This document shows positions 49,996 to 58,637 of a DNA stretch of 64,000 nucleotides, piece after piece. Source of the stretch: an uncultured Ignavibacteriaceae bacterium (GTDB lineage Bacteria; Bacteroidota; Ignavibacteria; Tepidaquicellales; Tepidaquicellaceae). Position 1 is the first letter of the stretch; every line of letters begins with the position of its first letter. The stretch covers positions 10,461-74,460 of the forward strand of contig CAYYJH010000001.1 in NCBI GenBank assembly GCA_964472195.1, written 5' to 3'. The position numbers were made by a program, and so were the translations under genes. The notes under the pieces are model-generated. The model was given only the letters and a program-made list of their open reading frames with translations. It ran no database searches and was not told where the DNA came from.

Positions 49996-51021
49996 TTATT
50001 CTTTAGATTTATCAATATAAATATTTTCTGCTTGTTGTTTCCGCAGTGCTATTATAGTATCACGAACTTTGTACGCTGTTGGGTCCCCTGTAGGACTTCT
50101 CATCTCGATAGATATTTCTGTCCCGGGTAAGAAACCCAAATCCATTAGTCTTCTTCTTTGTTGTCCCCTGCAGTCGGTTGATAATACTTTTATAATTCCT
50201 GTCTCTTCTGGTTTTAAATTTAAAAGTGTTCTGTAATCTAAAATTTCAGGCTCTTTGATTTTTAATAATTTTACTACGGAAATATTAGCACTTATTAACG
50301 GAGTCAGACTAATTTGTTGCCCACCTGCTTCTATTATTATTTCTTCCGATGTATTTTTTATAATCTCAATTGTAAGCCCGGATTTTATACCGCGTTTAAC
50401 TAACTCATAATAAATTTCATCGGGTTCATCTTCAACATGTACGATTCGGGCTTTATCCCCAGCTTTTAAATTTGTTATTTGAACACCTTTGTCTTCGGGT
50501 AGGTCACCCGTATCTGAAGGTATAGGATCACCGTGAGGATCAAAAAGAGGTTGTCCAAGATTTGCTGCAAGCTTGTCTGCATCCTCTCTCGATAGAAAGT
50601 GCTCTTTCTTTTCTGCTTCGATATGCCATTGTGCTTCATCTACGGAAGTTTCATCCGCAAGATGTCTTTCCCAGAGTCGATGTGTCCGTATAACTTGTAA
50701 TGCATATTTTCTACCCTCTTCGCTGAGACGGATCTCTTCTCCTTTTGTCTCTATGAGATTTTGTGCTTGAAGTTTTTGGACAAGAGCGACGGCTTTATTT
50801 AGTTTAATCGATAATGCCCCAGCAACACTTTTAATTGAACTTGTGAGTTTTTTATATTCACAATCATAAATGTGTTTTAGAGCATTTTCAACGAGAATAC
50901 GATTTGAAGTCTCTTTACTTTTTCTCCAAAGGTGTAATAACCCAAGACGGGGTAGAAATAACAGTAAAAGTATAATTAAAAATAAAGAAAGAATAATGTA
51001 TATGTATGATATGTTTTCCAT
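49996..51021 (-). CDS. Membrane-anchored DtxR/MntR-like protein fused to an SH3-like domain and a canonical FeoA domain
   Basis: N-terminal hydrophobic IYIILSLFLIILLLLFLPRLGLL followed by WRKSKE. The DtxR core has THRLWERHL, WHIEAEKKEH and DPHGDPIP. The C-terminal FeoA has RRRLMDLGFLPGTEI...IALRKQQAENIYI. Confidence 0.75.
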   Translation of the reverse strand: MENISYIYIILSLFLIILLLLFLPRLGLLHLWRKSKETSNRILVENALKHIYDCEYKKLTSSIKSVAGALSIKLNKAVALVQKLQAQNLIETKGEEIRLSEEGRKYALQVIRTHRLWERHLADETSVDEAQWHIEAEKKEHFLSREDADKLAANLGQPLFDPHGDPIPSDTGDLPEDKGVQITNLKAGDKARIVHVEDEPDEIYYELVKRGIKSGLTIEIIKNTSEEIIIEAGGQQISLTPLISANISVVKLLKIKEPEILDYRTLLNLKPEETGIIKVLSTDCRGQQRRRLMDLGFLPGTEISIEMRSPTGDPTAYKVRDTIIALRKQQAENIYIDKSKE

Positions 51022-51032
51022 TTGGTAATAAT

Positions 51033-51686
51033 TTAATTATAATCTACAAAAATACTGTTCGCTAATTTTTCGCTTAAAAAGATTTTATTCTTTTTTGCAA
51101 GAATCTGAATTGAGTTATCGAAATTTATTTTCTCTACTACTTTTACTTTATCATTCAGCTTTAATCCCATTTTTGTCAGATAAAGCAATACTTCCGCGTA
51201 TTCATCCGACACTCTTTTTATTGTTACGGATTCTCCAATGTCGATATTGGAAAGTGGTTTTAGTTCATTATGAATAAATTTTCCATTTCTATCCGGGATA
51301 GGATCTCCATGGGGATCGTATTTAGGAAATCCAAGAAAGTCTTCGAGTTTTAATATCAAATCATCGGATGAAGCATGCTCAAGGTTTTCTGCTTCAGCGT
51401 GAACCTGTTCCCATGGGTATTTAAGATGTTTTAAAAGAAAAACCTCCCAGATCCTGTGTTTACGGATAAGATTTATTGCTATATCCTGACCTTTTTTTGT
51501 AAGCTCAAATCCTTTATACGGTGTGTTCTTTATGTATCCGGTTCTTGATAATTTTGATACCATATCACTCACCGCAGCCGCTGAAACACCAATTTTTTCC
51601 GCAAGTAAGCTGGTTGATACTTTACCGACGGTGAGTTTTATTGTGTATATATTTTTAAGATAATCTTCGATACTCTTTTTAATCAT
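51033..51686 (-). CDS. DtxR/MntR-family metal-dependent transcriptional regulator with C-terminal SH3/FeoA-like domain
   Basis: IEDYLKNIY, wHTH LAEKIGVSAAAVSDMVSKL, KHRIWEVFL, VHAEAENLEH, DPHGDPIP. Confidence 0.85.
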   Translation of the reverse strand: MIKKSIEDYLKNIYTIKLTVGKVSTSLLAEKIGVSAAAVSDMVSKLSRTGYIKNTPYKGFELTKKGQDIAINLIRKHRIWEVFLLKHLKYPWEQVHAEAENLEHASSDDLILKLEDFLGFPKYDPHGDPIPDRNGKFIHNELKPLSNIDIGESVTIKRVSDEYAEVLLYLTKMGLKLNDKVKVVEKINFDNSIQILAKKNKIFLSEKLANSIFVDYN

Positions 51687-51749
51687 AATTAAGAATATTT
51701 GATTATTAATTTAAGTAAGCTTAATAATATAATCAAGTGTATATAAAAA

Positions 51750-51766
51750 TAAATTTCATAAATTTA
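51750..51766. promoter_or_regulatory. Candidate metalloregulator operator: palindrome TAAATTT-CAT-AAATTTA in the divergent promoter region
   Basis: 7-bp perfect arms read directly, 64-80 nt upstream of the regulator ATG (51686). A TAAGCTTA palindrome also lies at 51716-51723. Confidence 0.2.
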
Positions 51767-51892
51767 CAGATATTATTTCTATATAAGGAATTGTATTTAA
51801 TCTTACAACAAAAATATTAAATTTCCGTATGATTATTGTAGATTTAGTTTTCTATGAAAATCTATCCATTTCATTAACTTAATTTTATAAAA

Positions 51893-53797
51893 ATGATAAA
51901 AAAATCATGTCTTATAACGAGTTTAATCTTAGCTATTGGGATTCTTTTAACAATGAATTCCTATTCTCAGGATGTAAATAAAATACCTCTGAAAGATTTC
52001 TTCAAAAATCCTGATAAAACTTACTATCAGATATCACCCGATGGTGAATATCTTTCTTTTCTTGCACCGTATGAGAGCAGGTTAAACATTTATGTGCAGA
52101 AAATAGGATCGGATAAGGTTATTAGAGTAACTGATATTACTGACAGGGATTTAGCAGGTTATTACTGGGCAAATAATGACATGCTTCTTTTTGGAAAAGA
52201 TAAGGACGGTGATGAGAATTATCACGTTTATGGTGTTGACAAGGAAGGAAAAAATCTTAAAGATCTTACACCTTTTGAAGATGTTACGGTTAGACTAATT
52301 GACGAACTTGAAGATTTAGAAAATGAAGTTTTGATTTCTATGAATAAAAGAAATAAAGAAATATTCGATGTGTATAAATTGAATATTGAGACCGGTATTC
52401 TTAATATGGTTGCAGAAAACCCTGGAAATGTTTCAAGCTGGATAACTGACCATAATGGGAAAGTCAGGATTGCAATAACAACAGACGGAGTTAATTCGAG
52501 TCTTTTATACAGGGAAACAGAAGAGGACCCTTTTAGTACGATTCTAACAACAAATTTTAAAGAATCTATATATCCGCTGTTCTTTACCTTTGACAACAAA
52601 TATATTTATGCTGCATCAAATTTAGGGAGGGATAAATCTGCTATTGTAAAATATGATATAGCAAACGGTAAAGAATTAGAGGTACTTTATGAGCATCCCG
52701 AAGTTGATGTTTATGGATTATCCTATTCAAAGAAAAGAAAGAAACTCACAACCATTTCATACACAACATGGAAAAGACAACGTGAATATCTTGACAAAGA
52801 TGTGGAAGCTCTATACAAAAGATTTGAGAAAGAATTAGGTACTGATCTTGAAATAGTGATTACCGGTATGAATAAGAATGAAGATAAATTCCTTGTCAGA
52901 ACATACAGTGACAGGTCACTCGGTGCTTATTATTTTTATGTTTTAAATTCGGATAATTTAACAAAACTTGCTGATGTAAGTCCGTGGCTGAATGAAGATG
53001 ATATGGTAGAGATGAAACCGATATCTTATAAGTCGAGTGACGGGTTGACAATTAATGGTTACTTAACATTACCAAAAGGAAAAGAACCGAAGAATCTTCC
53101 GGTTGTGATTCATCCTCATGGGGGTCCGTGGGCAAGAGATAGATGGGGATTCAATCCAGAAGTACAATTTCTTGCGAACAGGGGATTTGCCGTATTGCAA
53201 ATGAACTTCAGAGGTTCAACGGGTTATGGAAAAGCTTTCTGGGAGGCTTCATTTAAGCAGTGGGGCAAGAAAATGCAGGATGACATTACTGACGGTGTTC
53301 GATGGTTGATAGAAGAAGGAATTGCTGACCCCGACAGGATAGGAATTTATGGTGGTAGTTACGGAGGGTACGCAACATTAGCGGGACTAACATTCACACC
53401 TGATTTGTACACCTGCGGTGTCGATTATGTTGGAGTGTCGAATTTATTTACATTTTACAATTCAATTCCCCCCTACTGGAAACCCCATTTGGAAAAATGG
53501 TATGAGATGGTTGGGAGTCCTGAAAAAGACAGTCTATTGTTAGTAGAGGTCTCCCCGGTTTTTCATGTAGATAATATCAAGGCTCCATTGTTTGTTGCAC
53601 AGGGTAAACATGATCCAAGAGTTAACATCGAAGAATCGAACCAAATCGTCGAAGCGTTGAAGAAAAAAGGGATAGATGTCCCTTACATGGTGAAGGAAGA
53701 TGAAGGGCATGGTTTTCGTAATGAAGAAAACAGGTTCGACTTCTACGAAGCAATGGAGAAGTTTCTTGTAAAGCATTTGAATCCGAAAGTGAATTAG
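51893..53797 (+). CDS. S9-family serine peptidase (prolyl oligopeptidase / dipeptidyl peptidase-like), secreted
   Basis: Signal-peptide-like N-terminus, beta-propeller-length N-region, and catalytic GGSYGGY (Ser), HDPRV (Asp) and EGHGF (His). Confidence 0.9.
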   Translation: MIKKSCLITSLILAIGILLTMNSYSQDVNKIPLKDFFKNPDKTYYQISPDGEYLSFLAPYESRLNIYVQKIGSDKVIRVTDITDRDLAGYYWANNDMLLFGKDKDGDENYHVYGVDKEGKNLKDLTPFEDVTVRLIDELEDLENEVLISMNKRNKEIFDVYKLNIETGILNMVAENPGNVSSWITDHNGKVRIAITTDGVNSSLLYRETEEDPFSTILTTNFKESIYPLFFTFDNKYIYAASNLGRDKSAIVKYDIANGKELEVLYEHPEVDVYGLSYSKKRKKLTTISYTTWKRQREYLDKDVEALYKRFEKELGTDLEIVITGMNKNEDKFLVRTYSDRSLGAYYFYVLNSDNLTKLADVSPWLNEDDMVEMKPISYKSSDGLTINGYLTLPKGKEPKNLPVVIHPHGGPWARDRWGFNPEVQFLANRGFAVLQMNFRGSTGYGKAFWEASFKQWGKKMQDDITDGVRWLIEEGIADPDRIGIYGGSYGGYATLAGLTFTPDLYTCGVDYVGVSNLFTFYNSIPPYWKPHLEKWYEMVGSPEKDSLLLVEVSPVFHVDNIKAPLFVAQGKHDPRVNIEESNQIVEALKKKGIDVPYMVKEDEGHGFRNEENRFDFYEAMEKFLVKHLNPKVN

Positions 53798-53934
53798 AAG
53801 TAACACCCCTCTCAGGTTGTAAAAGTTCTATTACTGAAAAGCCATAATGACACAAAATTATTATTCGTGTTCGTTATTTCTGCCTGCAATGATTCTTGGA
53901 GGGGAATCCAGAAATGCAAAGCGTTATAGATGTA

Positions 53935-53955
53935 TTCCTACGTGAAACGTAGGAA
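53935..53955. other. Perfect 9-bp stem / GAA-loop hairpin
   Basis: TTCCTACGT-GAA-ACGTAGGAA read directly. Relatively GC-rich for this region. No adjacent T-run. Confidence 0.6.
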
Positions 53956-53963
53956 CAAGATAA

Positions 53964-53998
53964 AAGAATCTCCTAACAGAAATGCCAGGAGATTTTTA
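53964..53998 (+). terminator. Candidate intrinsic terminator downstream of the S9 peptidase gene
   Basis: AATCTCCT, a 12-nt loop, AGGAGATT, then TTTTAT. An A-tract upstream of the stem can pair with the T-run. Confidence 0.4.
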
Positions 53999-54056
53999 TG
54001 CATTATTTCTTTATTCAAGCGGGAACATTTATGAACTAATTATTATTCTTAAGTTT

Positions 54057-55346
54057 ATGAGCATTTGGCAGAGGATTCTCTTTTTCGTTATTGTATTCGG
54101 GATATTTTTTGGACTTCAATTTCTTACTTACTTAACATTTCGTAAATTTCTCAAACGAAAAAATTTAACGGGAAAGTTCTGGAATGTGATTTCTATTTAT
54201 CCGTACATTCTTTTCTTGCTTCCATTCATATACTTTTTGATTTCCCGCACAAAGCTGGCAGACCTACCTGACTGGGTATATAATATTTATATAATACCTT
54301 TTTTTGTTTTCCAGGCAGCAGTTTTCTTCATAGGTTTATATTTGCTCGTTGGAAAAATTATTAAATCCCCTTTCTCAATTGCAAATTTTGTGTTAAGTAA
54401 AATTAAGTATACGCAGAAGAAATTAGAGGATTTTAAAAAGAAGAAAACCGTGGTTAAATTTGATAGTACAAGAAGACAGTTTATTACAGCGTCGGCGGTT
54501 TTAGTATCGGGATATGCTTTTATCGGGGCTGGAACGGGAGTGTTAAAAAAAGATGATTATGAGATAACATATCGTGATATAAATATTAAGAACCTGCCGC
54601 ATGAATTGAAAGGCATTACTATCACGTTAGCCTGTGATTTTCACTGTGGTCCTTTTATGGAAGAAGAACTGATGAAGGATTACTGTGATGTAATTAATGA
54701 CATAAAGTCAGATTTAATTCTTATACCGGGTGATTTAACAAATTCGGATAAAACAGAAGCTATTTCGTTTGCAAATGCTTTCAAGAATCTTAAAGCCAAA
54801 CATGGTATATATGCCTGTCTTGGAAACCATGATTATTTCTCCGACCCTGATTACATATCCGATGTACTCAAAAATGAAACACCAATTAAATTATTAAGAA
54901 ATGATTCAGAAATAGTTCAGATAAATGGAAACGGACTGTGTATAATGGGCGTTGAGGATACGAGAGTCAGCGGCGGAACCTATGATGAGGTTGTTATGGA
55001 GTATTTTAAAGAAACAATCAACAAGACTGAAGAGAATTTACAAAACGGAAATTTAAATTATGAAAATGTTACGAAGATCCTTCTTTATCACAAACCGTAC
55101 TTATTTCCTGATATTAAGAATGAAAACATCGACCTTGTGCTAAGCGGACATACACATGGCGGTCAGATAGTCCTTGCAAAATTTGGTAACGTAAATTTAT
55201 CTGTAGCAGCGTCAGTCAGCCGGTATATCAGCGGACTTTATAAAGAAGGGGATTCACAGATGTATGTTTCAAGAGGTGTAGGTGTTGTGGGGCTCCCGAT
55301 AAGATTAAACTGTCCCCCGGAAATCACAAAAATAACTTTAACCTAA
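54057..55346 (+). CDS. Membrane-bound calcineurin-like metallophosphoesterase (YkuE-like catalytic domain)
   Basis: CDFHCG (DxH), PGDLT (GD), GNHD and GHTHGG motifs. About 4 N-terminal TM segments, then a TRRQFITASAV twin-arginine-like motif. I prefer ATG 54057 because the ATG at 53982 lies inside the terminator-like hairpin loop. Confidence 0.8.
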   Translation: MSIWQRILFFVIVFGIFFGLQFLTYLTFRKFLKRKNLTGKFWNVISIYPYILFLLPFIYFLISRTKLADLPDWVYNIYIIPFFVFQAAVFFIGLYLLVGKIIKSPFSIANFVLSKIKYTQKKLEDFKKKKTVVKFDSTRRQFITASAVLVSGYAFIGAGTGVLKKDDYEITYRDINIKNLPHELKGITITLACDFHCGPFMEEELMKDYCDVINDIKSDLILIPGDLTNSDKTEAISFANAFKNLKAKHGIYACLGNHDYFSDPDYISDVLKNETPIKLLRNDSEIVQINGNGLCIMGVEDTRVSGGTYDEVVMEYFKETINKTEENLQNGNLNYENVTKILLYHKPYLFPDIKNENIDLVLSGHTHGGQIVLAKFGNVNLSVAASVSRYISGLYKEGDSQMYVSRGVGVVGLPIRLNCPPEITKITLT

Positions 55347-55991
55347 CTTCAGAATATCTTTTAACTCATCAAAGCTGTTAATCGTATAATCAGGATTTTC
55401 GTTTTCAAGAATTTCTGTCGACCTATGACCGTATAATGTCCCGCAAGTTAAAGCGCCTGCATTTTTTCCGCATCTTATATCAAGTTCAGAGTCGCCAACC
55501 ATTAATGTATTAACCGGGCTGATGTTCAATTCTTTGCAAATCAGCAAAAGAGGTTCGGCGGAAGGTTTAAATTTTATCCCATCCCTTCTGCCCATCAAAA
55601 CATTAAAATAAAAAGATATTTTAAAATAGTCGATTATTTTTTCTGTTTGATCCTGAGCCTTAGTAGTAAGAATAGCAAGTTTAAAACTATTTTCTTTTAA
55701 TATCTCTAACGTATCTTTTACCCCTTGATATATTTTTGTTTCGTCTATAAAATCAAAATAATATTTTTTGTAAGTGTTTATGAATTCTTCGAAATCTTTA
55801 ATTGGAATATTCAACTCCTCAAAAAATGGTTTGAAGTGCATGCCAATTCTTTTATCTAATTCTTCTTTTTGCAGGTGTACTTTTTTATTTAAATTCTCGA
55901 AAGTTTTTATTAGGGATTTATAAATTGTATTGCTTGATTCAAGGAGAGTACCATCTAAGTCGAATACAACGAGGTCTATTTTTTTATTCAT
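55338..55991 (-). CDS. HAD-superfamily phosphatase (phosphoglycolate phosphatase-like)
   Basis: VVFDLDGTLLES (motif I) and VGDSELDIRCGKNAGA (motif IV). The 3' end overlaps the convergent phosphoesterase gene by 9 nt. Confidence 0.85.
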   Translation of the reverse strand: MNKKIDLVVFDLDGTLLESSNTIYKSLIKTFENLNKKVHLQKEELDKRIGMHFKPFFEELNIPIKDFEEFINTYKKYYFDFIDETKIYQGVKDTLEILKENSFKLAILTTKAQDQTEKIIDYFKISFYFNVLMGRRDGIKFKPSAEPLLLICKELNISPVNTLMVGDSELDIRCGKNAGALTCGTLYGHRSTEILENENPDYTINSFDELKDILKLG

Positions 55992-56162
55992 TATTATTAT
56001 AATTCCGTAATATTTTTATTTGCACAAAATAATGTTATTAATGAAAACAAGAAAGACTTATGTTTCAGTTCTCTTATAAAATAAAATAGAAAATAATGTG
56101 CAATTCTTATTTATGGAATCATAATGCAGAAAGAATTGGAAAGTGTTTGGAAGTATGGGATA

Positions 56163-58220
56163 CTATTTTAAGTAGACCATTTTCTTGGTATCAATAATAT
56201 TCCCATCAATTACTAAAGAATAAAAGTATACTCCGCTTGAAAGATTGTCAGCATTGAATTCTACATTGTATGTGTTTGCATCCTGAAATTTATCTACTAA
56301 AGTAGTAACAAGTTTACCTGTAACATCATAGATTTTTATACTAACCTTTCCGTGAATATGAAGCGCATATTTTATAGTCGTTGATGGATTAAATGGATTG
56401 GGGTAGTTTTGAGAAAGTATGAATTTATCAGGGATGATTCCCGAGACACTTGTTGGGGGTAGCACATTACTTAAAGCATAATAAAAGGTTTTCCACTGAG
56501 TTGCGGATGATGGTGCATATGAAATAGTAGTAGCAGGTGATGTAGCAAGGTCTATACCGGCTTTCTCGAAAATTGTTGTATAAGTTGATCCGCCGTCTGT
56601 TGAGATTTGTACAATTAAGCTGTCTACATATGAAGATAAATATTGTGCATAAGAATAATCGAACCGTAAGGTATCGGTTGAAGAAACACTGTCAAAAACT
56701 CTTGTCAACATCGTATCTTTTTGCCCTATGTCATTGTAATCGTAAAATGCCATCTTGACACACTTATTACCCCCGAAACTAATTCCGTTAACATTCTTTA
56801 CGTCTGAGAAGGTAATATTACCATCAGGATTAAACACCTGGAATCCAGAGGGAGGGAACGGTCCTTCGAAAAGTTCAAAGTTGAACTCTTTACTAATACT
56901 GTCTGAGATACCGAGAATTAATGGATTATAAAAGTTGATAATATCGGAAACTCCGAAATCGATATCCGGTTTATAATCTAAAGAATAAATTATTTGCGGG
57001 AGTTTACGTATGGGTAATACAATCGTTTGTCCTTTTGAGGAATTAATAATCTCTTTCGTATTATCGTTTTGCACGAATGCAACAGTGTATATCATAGAAT
57101 CGACCCAAATCGGATCCTTAAGATATTTAAACACAAACTGGTAGTTACCGGTATTATTGTTTATTACGGTACCGGCAGAGTCAGGGTAGGCTTTTCTGAA
57201 AACATCATAGAATGTAGTATCACTGGTTGTACCGGGCGGTGAAGTATAATTTATCATTCTTTCTATTGCCATCACTCGTAACCTGTAGTCTCCCTGCGGA
57301 AGAGTATACATAATATTTACATCAATTGTAGATTGAATCGTGTCACCGGATAATCTGACATCTGTTACATTGATGGATACAGGTGTACCTTCATCGATTC
57401 TATAATTGTATGGATTTGTCAGATTTGAATCCACATAATACGGCAGTGAAATCCTTGTTTTTCCGTCCATGACTGCGGTTGGTACAGAGTTTATGAAGTA
57501 GTAATTCTTTCTTTCATCTGATTGAGTTGGGTTATATAGATACATGGAATCATTCCCGGGTGGTGGAATACCAAGATGGTATTTTATTGGGACTACGGTT
57601 TGCAAATTAGAATCTATAAAAGAATTCAAAAACGGGTCATGAGATGAACATGAAGGTGAAGTTGAACTTGTCCATTCTTCAATCAATACATTTCTTTTAA
57701 CACCCGGCAATATCAAAGAATATTGTTCAAGAGTGTCATTAGTTCTGTTTGTATCATTTTGCAGGGAAGAGAAAACTTTAATATCTAAATCAGAACCGGG
57801 TACAATTAATAAACTATCAAAATAAACTGTAATACTCTGTCCGGCATTTATTGGTGGAATGGAATCTATGCTTAAATACGCGAGGGATCCAATTGTCATG
57901 GTGACTCTGAAAGAATCCGGAACATTTGCTAAACCAAGATTTGTTATGTTTACTTCAGGTATTATATAGAAGGAGTTTGAACCGGGTGTAAAGCTCGTAT
58001 CCTTTTTTATGTTATTGATTGATGTCACAGCAACATCATTCATGAATCTATCACCAATACTAATATTATCAATGTAAAGGTTGTTTCCAAATCCATTATA
58101 AGTTATAAAAGCTAAAATGATTTGGTTTGATTGAGCAGTGTCAGTGAATTTGTAAACACTAAAAGAGCTCATGATTAGCACGCAAAAGAAAATTGTAATA
58201 TTTAATATAATCCTTCTCAA
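56163..58220 (-). CDS. Secreted multi-domain protein with T9SS type-A C-terminal sorting domain
   Basis: Signal-like N-terminus. Central VLIEEWTSSTSPSCS block resembles Omp28-related/thioredoxin-like modules without the CxxC. The C-terminal LSQNYPNPFNPSTTIKY...SGVYFYSL...KKMVYLK is the T9SS CTD signature. Confidence 0.8.
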   Translation of the reverse strand: MRRIILNITIFFCVLIMSSFSVYKFTDTAQSNQIILAFITYNGFGNNLYIDNISIGDRFMNDVAVTSINNIKKDTSFTPGSNSFYIIPEVNITNLGLANVPDSFRVTMTIGSLAYLSIDSIPPINAGQSITVYFDSLLIVPGSDLDIKVFSSLQNDTNRTNDTLEQYSLILPGVKRNVLIEEWTSSTSPSCSSHDPFLNSFIDSNLQTVVPIKYHLGIPPPGNDSMYLYNPTQSDERKNYYFINSVPTAVMDGKTRISLPYYVDSNLTNPYNYRIDEGTPVSINVTDVRLSGDTIQSTIDVNIMYTLPQGDYRLRVMAIERMINYTSPPGTTSDTTFYDVFRKAYPDSAGTVINNNTGNYQFVFKYLKDPIWVDSMIYTVAFVQNDNTKEIINSSKGQTIVLPIRKLPQIIYSLDYKPDIDFGVSDIINFYNPLILGISDSISKEFNFELFEGPFPPSGFQVFNPDGNITFSDVKNVNGISFGGNKCVKMAFYDYNDIGQKDTMLTRVFDSVSSTDTLRFDYSYAQYLSSYVDSLIVQISTDGGSTYTTIFEKAGIDLATSPATTISYAPSSATQWKTFYYALSNVLPPTSVSGIIPDKFILSQNYPNPFNPSTTIKYALHIHGKVSIKIYDVTGKLVTTLVDKFQDANTYNVEFNADNLSSGVYFYSLVIDGNIIDTKKMVYLK

Positions 58221-58594
58221 GACTTGTTTTCCTGAACAACTTTGGTTTTTTTAAAATAAAAGTTATAGAAGAGAACTTCAATGATAGTAAGTAAAATCAA
58301 GGATAAAGAATCTTTAGGGACGATTGTTCCGTAACCCCCTCCGCCGGGAATAAAGAACCCTGTTAATTTTAATATCATAAGAAGAAAATTATTTTGTGGA
58401 ACAGCAATTGAATATCCATTTTCAGAAATGAATATTCCCATAAATAAATCAGAGACTGTCCAGCCAACCGTAAAAAGTATAACAATAAATGCTACATTCA
58501 AGAATGCCTGGACCAGACCATCGCTTTGATAAGATTTGCTAAAAGCATATGTAGCGAAAATTGCGTGTGCATAAAAAATAATTACAGGGATCAA
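58217..58594 (-). CDS. Small integral membrane protein, unknown function
   Basis: 125 aa with about 4 hydrophobic segments. The stop overlaps the start of the T9SS cargo gene by 4 nt. Confidence 0.5.
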   Translation of the reverse strand: MIPVIIFYAHAIFATYAFSKSYQSDGLVQAFLNVAFIVILFTVGWTVSDLFMGIFISENGYSIAVPQNNFLLMILKLTGFFIPGGGGYGTIVPKDSLSLILLTIIEVLFYNFYFKKTKVVQENKS

Positions 58595-58637
58595 TTTATA
58601 ATATAATTTTAATTATCTTAACAAATAACTTATAAAT

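Noticed and set aside
53806-53904. Complementary CCCCTC / GAGGGG patches 87 nt apart, considered as the closing stem of a structured RNA.
   Set aside because: Only 6 bp pair, with a mismatch on extension. There is no supporting covariation data, so this is too weak to call an ncRNA.
53982-54056. The ORF-track start (ATG 53982) for the metallophosphoesterase.
   Set aside because: This ATG sits in the loop of a terminator-like hairpin. The first 25 codons (MPGDFYALFLYSSGNIYELIIILKF) precede a better start at 54057, which opens directly into the first TM segment.
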